Notes: generated by a model from the sequence alone, not told the origin. A stretch of 30,364 nt of DNA from a virus (IMGVR_UViG_3300002898_000054:1-30364), one strand, 5' to 3'; counted from the stretch's first letter, positions 9,217 to 18,309 are shown. Translations and numbers: made by a program.

Positions 9217-11319
9217 ATGGCAGACTTTAAAGTTATAGGAAATACAGAGTTAAATACCGATGGCGTACAAACCGGAATGCAGAAAGTTGGATCCATAGCA
9301 AAAAAAGGCTTTGGGATCGCAGCAGGGGCAACGGTTGCAGCGACAGCAGCGGTTGTTGGTTTGACTAAAGCGGCGATTAGTTCTTATGCAGACTACGAAC
9401 AATTGACCGGTGGAGTTGAAACACTTTTCAAGGAAAGCAGCGTTGATTTAATAGCCTATGCGAAAGACGCTTACGTTACCGCCGGTATGTCTTCGAATAA
9501 ATACATGGAAATTGTAACGGGCTTTTCGGCTTCGTTGCTACAAAGTTTAGAGGGAGACACAGCAGCCGCAGCAGAAAAAGCAGATCAAGCAATGGTTGAC
9601 ATGTCAGATAATGCAAATAAAATGGGAACCAGCATGGAAAGTATTACTAACACTTATCAAGGGTTTGCAAAGCAAAATTTTACAATGCTAGACAATTTGA
9701 AATTAGGGTATGGAGGAACGAAAACAGAAATGCAAAGATTGCTTGCCGACGCAAGCGCAATTTCCGGGATCGATTACGACATTTCTTCTTATGCAGATAT
9801 AGTAGACGCAATTCACACCGTACAAACGGAAATGAATATAACCGGGACAACAGCATTGGAAGCTTCCACGACAATTTCGGGATCCTTTACTTCAATGTCA
9901 GCAGCTTGGGCCAACCTACTAACCGGAATGGCGGATCCATCACAAAGCATTGAGAATTTGATTGGCGACTTTGTCGGAACAGTAGAAACTTTCGCAGATA
10001 ATTTAATTCCGGTAATAGCTTCGACGTTGCCGAAGATCGTTTCGGGTATAGGATCAATTGTAAATCAATTGGCCGCAAATATCCCGGCAATTTTAGCAGA
10101 ACTATTGCCAGCATTTGTTGAGAGTATAAATTCATTAGTTACAACTTTAGCAGAAAACTTACCGGCGATTTTACAAATATTTGTCGATATGATCCCACAA
10201 ATTATTGATGTAATTATTACCGTATTACCTTTATTAGTGAAAGCCGGAATTGACATTGTGGTTAGTTTGATTAAAGGATTGGCAGCAGCATTGCCGGATC
10301 TAATACCAACTATGGTTACAGCACTTTTGGACGTGATCGACGCAATAATTGAAAATTTAGACGTTTTCATTGAAGCGGGAATAAGTATTATACTAGGTTT
10401 GGTAGATGGTTTAATTCAAGCAATCCCAGTTATAATTGAAGCGTTGCCTAGAATTATAGGAAGTATTATAACAGCAGTTATCGAAGCCATACCACTTTTA
10501 ATCGAGGGTGCAATTGCTCTTGTTCTTGGTTTAGTCCAGGCATTGCCACTTATCATTATGGCATTAGTCCAGGCATTACCAACGATAATCATTGCAGTTG
10601 TTGAGGGGTTAGTAAACGCAATCCCAATTTTAATACAAGGTGCTATTGCTTTAATAATGGGGTTAGTTGAGGCATTACCACTTATCATTATGGCGTTAAT
10701 CGAAGCAATCCCACTTATTATTACATCAGTAATTGAGGCACTAATAACAGCAATTCCAATGTTAATTAAAGGTGCAATCGAACTTGTTATCGGAATAGTT
10801 AAAGCACTCCCACAGATTATTCTAGCACTAATTAAAGCAATTCCTACAATTATAGTTGCTATTATCGAAGCATTTGCAAGCATGGGAACAGACTTCAAAA
10901 ATATGGGAACAGATTTAGTTGTCGGATTGTGGAATGGTTTAAAAGAAAAATGGGAATGGTTAAAGGATAAAGCAAAAGAACTTGCGACAGGATTGATTGA
11001 CGGTTTCAAGGGTATTTTTGGGATAGAAAGTCCATCAAAAGAGTTTGCTTGGATTGGCAAAATGAACATGGAGGGATTGGAAAAAGGAATGGAAGACAAC
11101 AACCCTTTCGACCAAATGAAACAAAACCTAAAGGCTGGACTAGGAAGTCTACAAAATGTTATGCAACTTGAACTGAACGGAAGCGTAAGAGAAAATTCAG
11201 CAGTTGCCGGAACGAGTGGAAGCATAATAAATAACTTTTACGATACACAAACAAGTCCTGATGCAATTGCAAGGACGGTAGGAAAGACCATGACGTTTGG
11301 TCTAGCGAGGGCATTTTAA
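9217..11319 (+). CDS. tape measure protein
   Basis: 700 aa and the largest gene. It has an N-terminal helical region and a long central ALPxIIxALxxAIP hydrophobic repeat region. Synteny supports the call. Confidence 0.9.
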   Translation: MADFKVIGNTELNTDGVQTGMQKVGSIAKKGFGIAAGATVAATAAVVGLTKAAISSYADYEQLTGGVETLFKESSVDLIAYAKDAYVTAGMSSNKYMEIVTGFSASLLQSLEGDTAAAAEKADQAMVDMSDNANKMGTSMESITNTYQGFAKQNFTMLDNLKLGYGGTKTEMQRLLADASAISGIDYDISSYADIVDAIHTVQTEMNITGTTALEASTTISGSFTSMSAAWANLLTGMADPSQSIENLIGDFVGTVETFADNLIPVIASTLPKIVSGIGSIVNQLAANIPAILAELLPAFVESINSLVTTLAENLPAILQIFVDMIPQIIDVIITVLPLLVKAGIDIVVSLIKGLAAALPDLIPTMVTALLDVIDAIIENLDVFIEAGISIILGLVDGLIQAIPVIIEALPRIIGSIITAVIEAIPLLIEGAIALVLGLVQALPLIIMALVQALPTIIIAVVEGLVNAIPILIQGAIALIMGLVEALPLIIMALIEAIPLIITSVIEALITAIPMLIKGAIELVIGIVKALPQIILALIKAIPTIIVAIIEAFASMGTDFKNMGTDLVVGLWNGLKEKWEWLKDKAKELATGLIDGFKGIFGIESPSKEFAWIGKMNMEGLEKGMEDNNPFDQMKQNLKAGLGSLQNVMQLELNGSVRENSAVAGTSGSIINNFYDTQTSPDAIARTVGKTMTFGLARAF
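10486..10872 (+). repeat. three tandem ~132-bp (44-codon) repeats inside the tape measure gene
   Basis: Units start at 10486, 10618 and 10750, each opening with AIP(L/I/M)LI(E/Q/K)GAI. Weaker related ~11-residue repeats lie upstream. Confidence 0.85.
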
Positions 11320-12185
11320 TGAATAATTTAACAATAACACTAATTCGTTCAGACGGACAAACGTTGATACTAGGCGGCGAGACGTGGGGCGTTACGTTTT
11401 TAAGTGGCATAGACGCACCAAATATGAGCGTATATTCTGAAAATCTAGCAACGGAAGATGGAAACTTTGTTACCGGTAAACGAATTGGAGACAGAACAAT
11501 TAAAGTAAAGTCACAACTAAAAAATAGACACAACAACAATCTTTTCAGAAATAAAACAGTTTCCTTTTTCAACCCAAAGAAAACATATAAGTTCATTGTA
11601 AAATTTCAAGGAACGGAACGCTGGATAAATTGTGAGTTAGACAAAGTAATTATACCATCAGCACAAAATTATAAAGCGTTAGAGTTTGCAATTGATTTAT
11701 ACTGTGCAAACCCATTTTTCAAGTCAATGGATAACTTTGGGAAAAACCTTGCGTCAGAACAATCAGGCTTTGCATTTCCTTATATTGACTTTGACGGAGA
11801 CGAAGAATGGAAAGCAATAAAACCGTATGCGAGCGTTTATAACTTTGCTTCAGAAACAATCATTGTAAATAACGGAGACGTTGACACGTTTTGTATTGCA
11901 GTAATTGAGTTTACATCAACCGTAACAAACCCAAAAATAACAAAAGACAGTGGTTTTGTTCGTGTAGTAGGAACATTTGAAGTAACAGACGTTCTTGTTA
12001 TCGATTTTGAAAAAGGCTCAGTTGAAAAGAACGGAATAAACGTTTCAAATATGGTAGACAGAATGTCAACGTTCTATGGAATGGCATTGAACATTGGAGA
12101 CAATACAATCGGCTATGACGCAGACGACGGACAAAACGCAATGGACGTTACGGTCTATTACAATAATCAATATTTGGGGGTGTAA
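11319..12185 (+). CDS. distal tail protein (Dit)
   Basis: 288 aa. Its start overlaps the TMP stop. This is the canonical position after the tape measure. Confidence 0.7.
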   Translation: MNNLTITLIRSDGQTLILGGETWGVTFLSGIDAPNMSVYSENLATEDGNFVTGKRIGDRTIKVKSQLKNRHNNNLFRNKTVSFFNPKKTYKFIVKFQGTERWINCELDKVIIPSAQNYKALEFAIDLYCANPFFKSMDNFGKNLASEQSGFAFPYIDFDGDEEWKAIKPYASVYNFASETIIVNNGDVDTFCIAVIEFTSTVTNPKITKDSGFVRVVGTFEVTDVLVIDFEKGSVEKNGINVSNMVDRMSTFYGMALNIGDNTIGYDADDGQNAMDVTVYYNNQYLGV

Positions 12186-13195
12186 TGATGGAAATTTATG
12201 CACTTGCAAATGGTGGCTCGATTATTAAAAAACTTAAATGTTTAAACATACAATGGACTAGGCGTTATTATTCTTGCGGCGAATATTCAATTCAAATTCC
12301 ATTAAGTGAATTTCAGGGTGGAATTTATTGGATATATTCAAGGGGTAGAGAAGAGCTTGGACTGGTGCAACAAATGCAATATGTAGAAACAAAAGCAGGA
12401 AACCTTGTTCAAATATCAGGCTATTTTTATGAGTTTAGTTTAACAAACGAAATTCTGTATCCTAGATTTTATCGAAGTGGTAAGATAGGACATATAGCAA
12501 ACGAGATTGTTGGAAGTTCAAACACAGAAAACGCAAGCAAAGGTATATGGACAAGAACAGACGTTCTGGGTGCTGAAAAATCAACAACTCTTTATCGCAT
12601 ACTGCAAACGCAAGAGTTTTCTTATAAATACAAATTTTCTCAAGAAACCTTTTCAACAAGTTTTATTGTGTGGCAAGGAAAAGATAGAACGCATAATCAA
12701 AATATTAACACTTATGCAAACTTTTCTGAAAACCTGAAGAACATAGAAAACATAAACTATTTGCAAGACAATTCAAACAGAAAGAATTATTGTATTGTTG
12801 CAGGTGGTGTAGGCGAAGAAACAAACATTTTTGAAGAAGTAGACCAAAGCAATGGAGACATAAAATATAAAACATACGTTGACGCAACCGAAAAAATAGA
12901 CGTTGAAACGCAGACACTTGCAGAATACAAAGAAGTTTTAAGACAACAAGGACTAGAAGAACTAGACAAGTTCAGGCTAATTCAAACATTAACGTGTGAC
13001 GTTGTTCCTGCAAATCTAAAGTATATGATTGATTATGATTTAGGAGACAAATGCGATATTGTTCTTGACACGTTGCAAATTTCGTTTTCTGCTCGTATAA
13101 TTGAAATATACGAAGTTTTTAAAAACAACACGCACAAGATACAGTTAACATTTGGAGAACGAATTCCAACCATATATACGAAAGCGAGGTTATAA
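12185..13195 (+). CDS. tail-associated baseplate protein (Tal-like, Gp37-type N-terminal domain)
   Basis: 336 aa, positioned after Dit. No recognisable lysin domain. Confidence 0.55.
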   Translation: MMEIYALANGGSIIKKLKCLNIQWTRRYYSCGEYSIQIPLSEFQGGIYWIYSRGREELGLVQQMQYVETKAGNLVQISGYFYEFSLTNEILYPRFYRSGKIGHIANEIVGSSNTENASKGIWTRTDVLGAEKSTTLYRILQTQEFSYKYKFSQETFSTSFIVWQGKDRTHNQNINTYANFSENLKNIENINYLQDNSNRKNYCIVAGGVGEETNIFEEVDQSNGDIKYKTYVDATEKIDVETQTLAEYKEVLRQQGLEELDKFRLIQTLTCDVVPANLKYMIDYDLGDKCDIVLDTLQISFSARIIEIYEVFKNNTHKIQLTFGERIPTIYTKARL

Positions 13196-13197
13196 AT

Positions 13198-14178
13198 ATG
13201 ATTTCATTTCCATTTACAAGCAAGAAAACGTTTGATACATTCGGACAACCAGTATTCGACAGAGCAGTAAATAGTAAAATCTTAAGAGATTTAATAAAAC
13301 AATATTTCACAGATGGAGTTTTCCCAAATCCATCAACGAATTTTCAAGTCGTAGAAGATGCTGGGATGAACGTTTTAGTACATTCAGGTGGTGGAGTTTT
13401 AAATGGTGCAACATTCTTTGAGGAAAACGATCGAGTTATTAAACTTGAAGCAGCAAGTTCACTTGATCGAATTGATTTAGTTATTGTTAGAATTAACGAG
13501 ACGGAAGCAGTAAGAAGTGTCGATTTGTATATCGTAAAAGGAACACCAGCAACAACACCAGTCGCACCATTCCTAACGAGAACAACATCAATAAAAGAGA
13601 TTGCAGTAGCAGAAGTTTTTGTTCCAGCGAACACATCACAAATCACTCAGTCGAGAATTACAGACACGCGTTTAAACATTGAAAAGTGTGGATATGTGAC
13701 GCCCATTCAAACAATAGACACAACAACACTATATAATCAAATTCAATCCGATTTATCAGATTTCAGATTAGAAGAACAACAAGATTTCATTATTTGGTTT
13801 GACGCAATTAAAGACCAACTTTCCGAAGATGCTGCGGGTAACTTGCAGTTGCAAATAGTTGATATAATGGAAAACATTGGTACTGATTTAGGTATAATAA
13901 ATGATAAAATAGCAAAACTAGGCACACAGTACACCTTATCCGTACCAACCACAGGCTGGACTGCTGAAACTGGCGGATATTATGCAACAAAAACTTTGAC
14001 AGGAGCAACGCCAAGTAACAAACCTCGTGTATCACTTAGAAGTGCAACAAATTATCCAACCGATGACGAAATAGCAGATTCTTCTTTGATTGTTAGTGTA
14101 ATTGCTGGAACAGATACAGTTACTTTCCACGCAACCGCAACACCTAGTGCGACTGTAAACTTGGAGGTGAGGTTATAA
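13198..14178 (+). CDS. baseplate upper / tail fibre protein (BppU-like)
   Basis: 326 aa with an N-terminal FD...DRAVNSKILRDLIKQYFTDGV pattern seen in Gram-positive phage fibre/baseplate proteins and a central coiled segment. Confidence 0.55.
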   Translation: MISFPFTSKKTFDTFGQPVFDRAVNSKILRDLIKQYFTDGVFPNPSTNFQVVEDAGMNVLVHSGGGVLNGATFFEENDRVIKLEAASSLDRIDLVIVRINETEAVRSVDLYIVKGTPATTPVAPFLTRTTSIKEIAVAEVFVPANTSQITQSRITDTRLNIEKCGYVTPIQTIDTTTLYNQIQSDLSDFRLEEQQDFIIWFDAIKDQLSEDAAGNLQLQIVDIMENIGTDLGIINDKIAKLGTQYTLSVPTTGWTAETGGYYATKTLTGATPSNKPRVSLRSATNYPTDDEIADSSLIVSVIAGTDTVTFHATATPSATVNLEVRL

Positions 14179-14179
14179 T

Positions 14180-14692
14180 ATGGCTTTAGTAAATTGGGTT
14201 TATGGAGTGAATTGGACAGACAAAAAATCAACAGAACTTGTCATTTATAATAATGGAGTTTATAAAGACGGATATAGTTTGTTTGTTGCTAGGAATGTAT
14301 CTCCATCAAACACCAGCAACGTAATAAGTTCTACGGATTATTCCACGTATATATTTTTAAAAGCAAACACTTTGGCAGATGCCGTCTATGCAGATTATAC
14401 GATGGGAACACTTATTGATTTTTCTAAATATTCAAAAATAACAGTTACATATGGAGAAACAAAGAATGAGGGTTTAAGCGATTCAGTGCTTAAGATTGGG
14501 TATAGACCAACAAATACAAGTTTATATGATTTTACAAGTTTGGCAATAATTACAGAATCATCAAATTTAGGCGAGGTTACTGTTGATATTAGTGGACTAA
14601 CATCTTCTGCATATTTATCATATTATATAATTAATCGAAGCGCGATAAATGCTTCTGCAAATATTGTTATTAAAAAAATTATTTTAAGTTAA
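14180..14692 (+). CDS. putative receptor-binding / distal fibre protein
   Basis: 170 aa, Ser/Thr/Asn/Tyr-rich with beta-type composition. It is the last structural gene before the lysis cassette. Confidence 0.4.
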   Translation: MALVNWVYGVNWTDKKSTELVIYNNGVYKDGYSLFVARNVSPSNTSNVISSTDYSTYIFLKANTLADAVYADYTMGTLIDFSKYSKITVTYGETKNEGLSDSVLKIGYRPTNTSLYDFTSLAIITESSNLGEVTVDISGLTSSAYLSYYIINRSAINASANIVIKKIILS

Positions 14693-14706
14693 AATAGAAA
14701 AGTAAT

Positions 14707-14735
14707 TTGACACCACAGACACACAAGAGTATGTA
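14707..14735 (+). promoter_or_regulatory. possible promoter for the lysis cassette
   Basis: TTGACA (14707-14712), a 17-bp spacer, then TATGTA (14730-14735). Confidence 0.3.
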
Positions 14736-14788
14736 ACGAAACTAGGAATTAAAAACTTATATTTAGAATAAAGAAAAGGAGAAACAAC

Positions 14789-15094
14789 ATGACACAAATA
14801 TTTGCACAACTTATCACAGCAATAGGAATTTTAGCATTTTTAGTAACAGTAATAATCGAGGTAATAAAGGGTGTATCTTGTTTTAAGAAAATACCTACAA
14901 ACTTGATTGTTTTAATCTTGTCGATTATTTTAACCGTAACAGGTGGAGTAGTCTACATTCAAATTCAAGGCATACCATTCTTATGGTTTTATGCAATCGC
15001 ACTTTTAATCTTAGGTTTTATCGTATCGTTCCTGGCAATGTTTGGGTGGGATAAACTAAGCGAATTATTTAATCGGTTTAAGAAAGGGGAATAA
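14789..15094 (+). CDS. holin
   Basis: 101 aa with three hydrophobic segments and a charged C-terminus (NRFKKGE). It lies directly upstream of the endolysin behind an AAGGAG RBS. Confidence 0.75.
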   Translation: MTQIFAQLITAIGILAFLVTVIIEVIKGVSCFKKIPTNLIVLILSIILTVTGGVVYIQIQGIPFLWFYAIALLILGFIVSFLAMFGWDKLSELFNRFKKGE

Positions 15095-15895
15095 ATGAAA
15101 CAACCAGTGAATTATAAACAGTTTGATAAACGATGGAAGAACGTTTCCTATTCAACGGTAGGAGAAAGCACTACGATTGGTAGAGCAGGGTGTGGAACAA
15201 CTTGTTCTGCTATGGTAATCGCAACACTCAAGGATAAGTCCGTAACACCAGTAACAACGTCAAAATGGAGCGTTTTAAACGGTTACAAATATAAGGGTGG
15301 TGGTACACATTACGGTTATTTTGTACCACAACTTGAATTGTATGGAATAGGGTGTGAGCGAATTAACACCACAAATAATTATGGCAATAAGTGTGGATCA
15401 TATTCAATGAAAGCACAGAATGCGTTGAGAGAACGCAAATGGCTAATTTGTTGTGTTGGGAAAGGCGTTTGGACAAGTGGTGGACACTACATTTTAGTTT
15501 ACGGTTTATTGAACGGAGAAGTGTATGTAAACGACCCTGCGTCTAATTCTTCAAGCCGAGCCAAAAACAAGTGGAGTAATTTAGAAAACCAAACTAAATA
15601 CTATTGGATAATTGATGCGCCTGAATTTCCAAGAGAAACAAACCCATACAAAGAGCCGAGCATAACACTTAAAAAGAATTACATTCGTGGAATTAAAGCA
15701 AGTGAAGGTGTTAAGTGGTTACAATGGGAGTTACAAAGAAAATCTTTTTATCTAGGAAAAGTCGATGGATACTTTGGTCCACAAACAGAGTGTGCTTTCA
15801 GAAAATTTCAAGAAACAAACCCGGGGAGTTATTATCCAAGCAAAACACCTGATTTGAAGTGTGGAAAAAAATCGAGAGCATTATTAAAACTATGA
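15095..15895 (+). CDS. endolysin: N-terminal cysteine peptidase (C39-like/CHAP-like) + C-terminal PG_binding_1 domain
   Basis: The YKQFDKRWKNVSY...IGRAGCGTTCSAMV catalytic-Cys motif is followed by a C-terminal GKVDGYFGPQTECAFRKFQ peptidoglycan-binding motif. Confidence 0.85.
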   Translation: MKQPVNYKQFDKRWKNVSYSTVGESTTIGRAGCGTTCSAMVIATLKDKSVTPVTTSKWSVLNGYKYKGGGTHYGYFVPQLELYGIGCERINTTNNYGNKCGSYSMKAQNALRERKWLICCVGKGVWTSGGHYILVYGLLNGEVYVNDPASNSSSRAKNKWSNLENQTKYYWIIDAPEFPRETNPYKEPSITLKKNYIRGIKASEGVKWLQWELQRKSFYLGKVDGYFGPQTECAFRKFQETNPGSYYPSKTPDLKCGKKSRALLKL

Positions 15896-15906
15896 AAGAG
15901 GAAAAC

Positions 15907-16176
15907 ATGAATGATAAGAACGATTGTCCTTTCAAAGAAATGATTGAACGAAATCAAAAAGACATTTGCGAATTAACAAACGAAATTAAAAATCTCACAA
16001 AAGGGCAGACAAAAATTGAAACGTTGTTTTCTTACATTATGACTAGCATGGATAAAATGCAGGGGCAACTAGAATTTCTAACATCAGCAGGGAACAGGAA
16101 GTGGGATAAGTTGGTTTGGATAATTATCGGTGCAGTTGTCGGCATATTGTCAGGAGTTATTGCAGGTGGATCGTAA
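15907..16176 (+). CDS. XhlA-like lysis accessory membrane protein
   Basis: 89 aa with an N-terminal coiled region and a single C-terminal TM (LVWIIIGAVVGILSGVIAGG). It is the last gene of the lysis cassette. The start is ambiguous: ATG 15907 follows AAGAGG, and ATG 15892 forms an ATGA overlap. Confidence 0.6.
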   Translation: MNDKNDCPFKEMIERNQKDICELTNEIKNLTKGQTKIETLFSYIMTSMDKMQGQLEFLTSAGNRKWDKLVWIIIGAVVGILSGVIAGGS

Positions 16177-16185
16177 CACATTTCA

Positions 16186-16226
16186 AAAGCACTTACTGTA
16201 AAAGGTAGGTGCTTTTGTTTATTTTT
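16186..16226 (+). terminator. rho-independent terminator ending the late operon
   Basis: An 11-bp stem (AAAGCACTTAC / GTAGGTGCTTT, one G-U pair) with an 8-nt loop, followed by TGTTTATTTTT. Confidence 0.8.
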
Positions 16227-16273
16227 ACCAATAAAACCGTGTAAAGTTTAGTGCTTTTTATGTTCCTTTTGTA

Positions 16274-16301
16274 TTGCTTTCGTATTGCTATATGCTATAA
16301 T
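16274..16301 (+). promoter_or_regulatory. probable promoter (extended -10)
   Basis: TTGCTT, a 16-bp spacer, then TGcTATAAT (TATAAT at 16296-16301). Confidence 0.4.
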
Positions 16302-16339
16302 GGAATTACCAAACAACCACACAAAAAAGGAGGTAACAA

Positions 16340-16549
16340 ATGTATTTAGAAGATTTGCTAGAAACGATATGTGCTTTGCAGATAGTAGAAATCGAAGATA
16401 CAAACGGAAAAGTTTTATATCATGGAGAAAGAAAGAAATTTGAATATTCAGACATGATCCCTTTTTCTGATGATACAGTAACTGGAGTTGCAACAAACCC
16501 AAGAGACGATGTTTTGTATATCGAAGTTGAAGTAACTCATAACATTTAA
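16340..16549 (+). CDS. hypothetical protein
   Basis: 69 aa behind an excellent RBS (AAAGGAGGT). No recognisable motif. Confidence 0.6.
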   Translation: MYLEDLLETICALQIVEIEDTNGKVLYHGERKKFEYSDMIPFSDDTVTGVATNPRDDVLYIEVEVTHNI

Positions 16550-16563
16550 TAGGAGATTTAATA

Positions 16564-17133
16564 ATGAAATTTAAAGTTTTAATAATATTCGAAGTTCTAA
16601 TTTTTCTAATATCCATCATATTACTAAGTTTAACGATTAAAAGTTCAAAAGTAGAAGTAATTGAAATCGAGCGAATAAGAGCAGATAAATTATTCAACGA
16701 GCAAATTAACGAAGAAGTGGAAGAAGTTGCTCAAACAGAAGAAAATCGGCTCACGATTGCGTATCAAGGAGAAGATTATACACTCACAATCATAAGCAAA
16801 GAAGATTTAGACGTGTTAGAGCGATGCGTGGAAGCAGAAGCAGGCAATCAAGGTCTACTAGGAAAGCAATATGTAACAGATGTTATTCTAAACAGAATGT
16901 ATAGTGACGATTACCCAAATTCAATAACAGGTGTTATTTATCAAGAAAACCAATTCGAAGTTGTGAACTGTGGAACGATCGAAACCATAAATGTTAGCGA
17001 AGAAACAAAAGAAGCAATCCAACTTGAATTAGAGAGTAGACTTGATGAAAGCATTATCCATTTTAAGACAAAAGACTACCACAAGTTTGGAGAGCCAATG
17101 TTCCAACACAAAGACCATTACTTTAGTAAATAA
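16564..17133 (+). CDS. membrane-anchored cell wall hydrolase, SleB/Hydrolase_2 family
   Basis: N-terminal TM (VLIIFEVLIFLISIILLSL) followed by LERCVEAEAGNQGLLGKQYVTDVILNRM...VIYQENQFEVV, characteristic of SleB-type hydrolases. Confidence 0.8.
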   Translation: MKFKVLIIFEVLIFLISIILLSLTIKSSKVEVIEIERIRADKLFNEQINEEVEEVAQTEENRLTIAYQGEDYTLTIISKEDLDVLERCVEAEAGNQGLLGKQYVTDVILNRMYSDDYPNSITGVIYQENQFEVVNCGTIETINVSEETKEAIQLELESRLDESIIHFKTKDYHKFGEPMFQHKDHYFSK

Positions 17134-17136
17134 GTA

Positions 17137-17166
17137 TTGACAATGTATTTCATCGTGGCGTATAAT
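17137..17166 (+). promoter_or_regulatory. sigma-A type promoter
   Basis: TTGACA (17137-17142), an 18-bp spacer, then TATAAT (17161-17166). The ORF-track start at 17137 lies inside this promoter. Confidence 0.6.
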
Positions 17167-17190
17167 GTAAATATAGAAAGGAGTGAGAAA

Positions 17191-17343
17191 GTGAGAACAG
17201 ACAAAAGGAAATATACAATGCAGATTTTAAATGAACGAGTGGAAAATATCGATAAGATCGCAAAAGAAAAAGACAGAAGCAGACAGTATTTAGTCGGAGT
17301 AGCAATTGAAGAATATTGCAAACGAGAAAGTGAGAAGAAATAA
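17191..17343 (+). CDS. ribbon-helix-helix (CopG/Arc-like) DNA-binding protein
   Basis: GTG 17191 lies 7 nt after AAAGGAG. The 50-aa product has a KRKYTMQILNERVENIDKIAKEKDRSRQYLVGVAIEEY strand-helix-helix pattern. Confidence 0.6.
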   Translation: MRTDKRKYTMQILNERVENIDKIAKEKDRSRQYLVGVAIEEYCKRESEKK

Positions 17344-17344
17344 A

Positions 17345-17626
17345 ATGGAAGAAAACTGGAAAGACTTAGGAAACGCAGTAATTATTAAAGCAGTTTATGA
17401 CTACCGGCACGCAAGAAAGGTTTATGAAAAGAACAAGAACAATTATGAAGCTAAAAGCACAATGGAAGAAGTGGAAACCTTTTTATTGTCAGATCATTTT
17501 AAGTTGTTTAGTGGTAGTAGTGGCAAAAGTTTATTAGAAGAAATAAAAAAAGAAGATGCAAATATTAAAAAAGAAGATGCAAATATTAAAATCAGAAGAA
17601 CAGAGCGAGCAGGAAGACAACAGTAA
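17345..17626 (+). CDS. hypothetical helical protein
   Basis: 93 aa. ATG 17345 follows the RHH stop immediately. It contains an internal KEDANIK duplication. Confidence 0.55.
   Translation: MEENWKDLGNAVIIKAVYDYRHARKVYEKNKNNYEAKSTMEEVETFLLSDHFKLFSGSSGKSLLEEIKKEDANIKKEDANIKIRRTERAGRQQ
17549..17590 (+). repeat. perfect 21-bp tandem duplication aaagaagatgcaaatattaaa x2
   Basis: Read directly from the sequence. It is in-frame (KEDANIK x2). Confidence 0.95.
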
Positions 17627-17643
17627 TCTAAAAGGAGGTATTT

Positions 17644-18309
17644 ATGTTTAGAATATTAAAAGCAGAAGAAATTGAGTGCAGAGTTGCAACGATAAACGAA
17701 AAAGGGTGTATGTTGCTTTTATACAAAGACGCAAGGGTTGACGCAAACATTCTTGATGAGACAGTTGGTGCTATGAATTGGCAAAGACATCACACTAGAG
17801 ACAATGCAAACTGTATCGTTTCGATATGGGATAAAGAAAAATCACAGTGGATTGAAAAAGAAGATACCGGAAAAGAAAGTTTTACAGAAAAAGAAAAAGG
17901 TCTTGCTTCAGATAGTTTCAAACGTGCTTGTTTTGTATGGGGTATCGGCAGAGAATTATATACTGCACCATTTGTCTGGATAAACGCAAGTGACTTTATT
18001 ATGAAAGAAAACAAAGGTAAAAAAATAACGTATGACGATTTTCAAGTAAAAAATATTGAAGTAACAAATGGAGTAATAACTGGACTATCTATAATAAACG
18101 CAAGCAATAAAAACAAAGAAGTGTTTTTAATGGGAAAACAAACCACACAAGCACCATTAGTTCAAAAACTAACGAAAAAGCAAGTTGATGTTATGTTAAA
18201 AATGTTTGAGGAACAGAAGCGTGATCCATTGAAATTATTAAGTGGAAAGAAGATTGAAGAACTTTCAATCGAGCAGTACGGAATTGTTATGGAAAAATTA
18301 AAAAGGTAA
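17644..18309 (+). CDS. single-strand annealing protein, Rad52/Sak family
   Basis: 221 aa with the motif GLASDSFKRACFVWGIGRELY and N-terminal ECRV...LLLYKDAR typical of Rad52-like phage recombinases. RBS is AAAGGAGGT. Confidence 0.8.
   Translation: MFRILKAEEIECRVATINEKGCMLLLYKDARVDANILDETVGAMNWQRHHTRDNANCIVSIWDKEKSQWIEKEDTGKESFTEKEKGLASDSFKRACFVWGIGRELYTAPFVWINASDFIMKENKGKKITYDDFQVKNIEVTNGVITGLSIINASNKNKEVFLMGKQTTQAPLVQKLTKKQVDVMLKMFEEQKRDPLKLLSGKKIEELSIEQYGIVMEKLKR

Noticed and set aside
10416-11225. 269-aa minus-strand ORF, and the other minus-strand ORFs in the track (for example 24520..25104, 25408..25872, 26132..26605, 16248..16697)
   Set aside because: They lie antisense to well-supported + strand genes and lack RBSs. 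Their composition is low-complexity and Leu/Ile/Phe/Ser-rich, as expected from the reverse complement of A-rich coding DNA. The AIAIARAIA ORF is simply the antisense of the GGC-GAT repeat.
13198-14692. Diversity-generating retroelement or other hypervariation system targeting the fibre genes
   Set aside because: No reverse transcriptase ORF occurs anywhere in the genome, and I noticed no template/variable repeat pair matching the fibre gene 3' ends.
17137-17190. ORF-track starts at 17137 and 22408 (longer versions of the RHH and DUF3560-like genes)
   Set aside because: These extensions begin inside the -35/-10 promoter elements, so they would lie upstream of the transcription start. Downstream starts with proper Shine-Dalgarno sites exist at GTG 17191 and ATG 22468.
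17191-17626. RHH antitoxin plus downstream toxin (type II TA pair)
   Set aside because: The downstream 93-aa protein is predicted all-helical with no RelE/ParE/MazF/PIN-like motifs. The RHH gene is first behind a promoter at the head of the recombination operon, which is more consistent with an early regulator.
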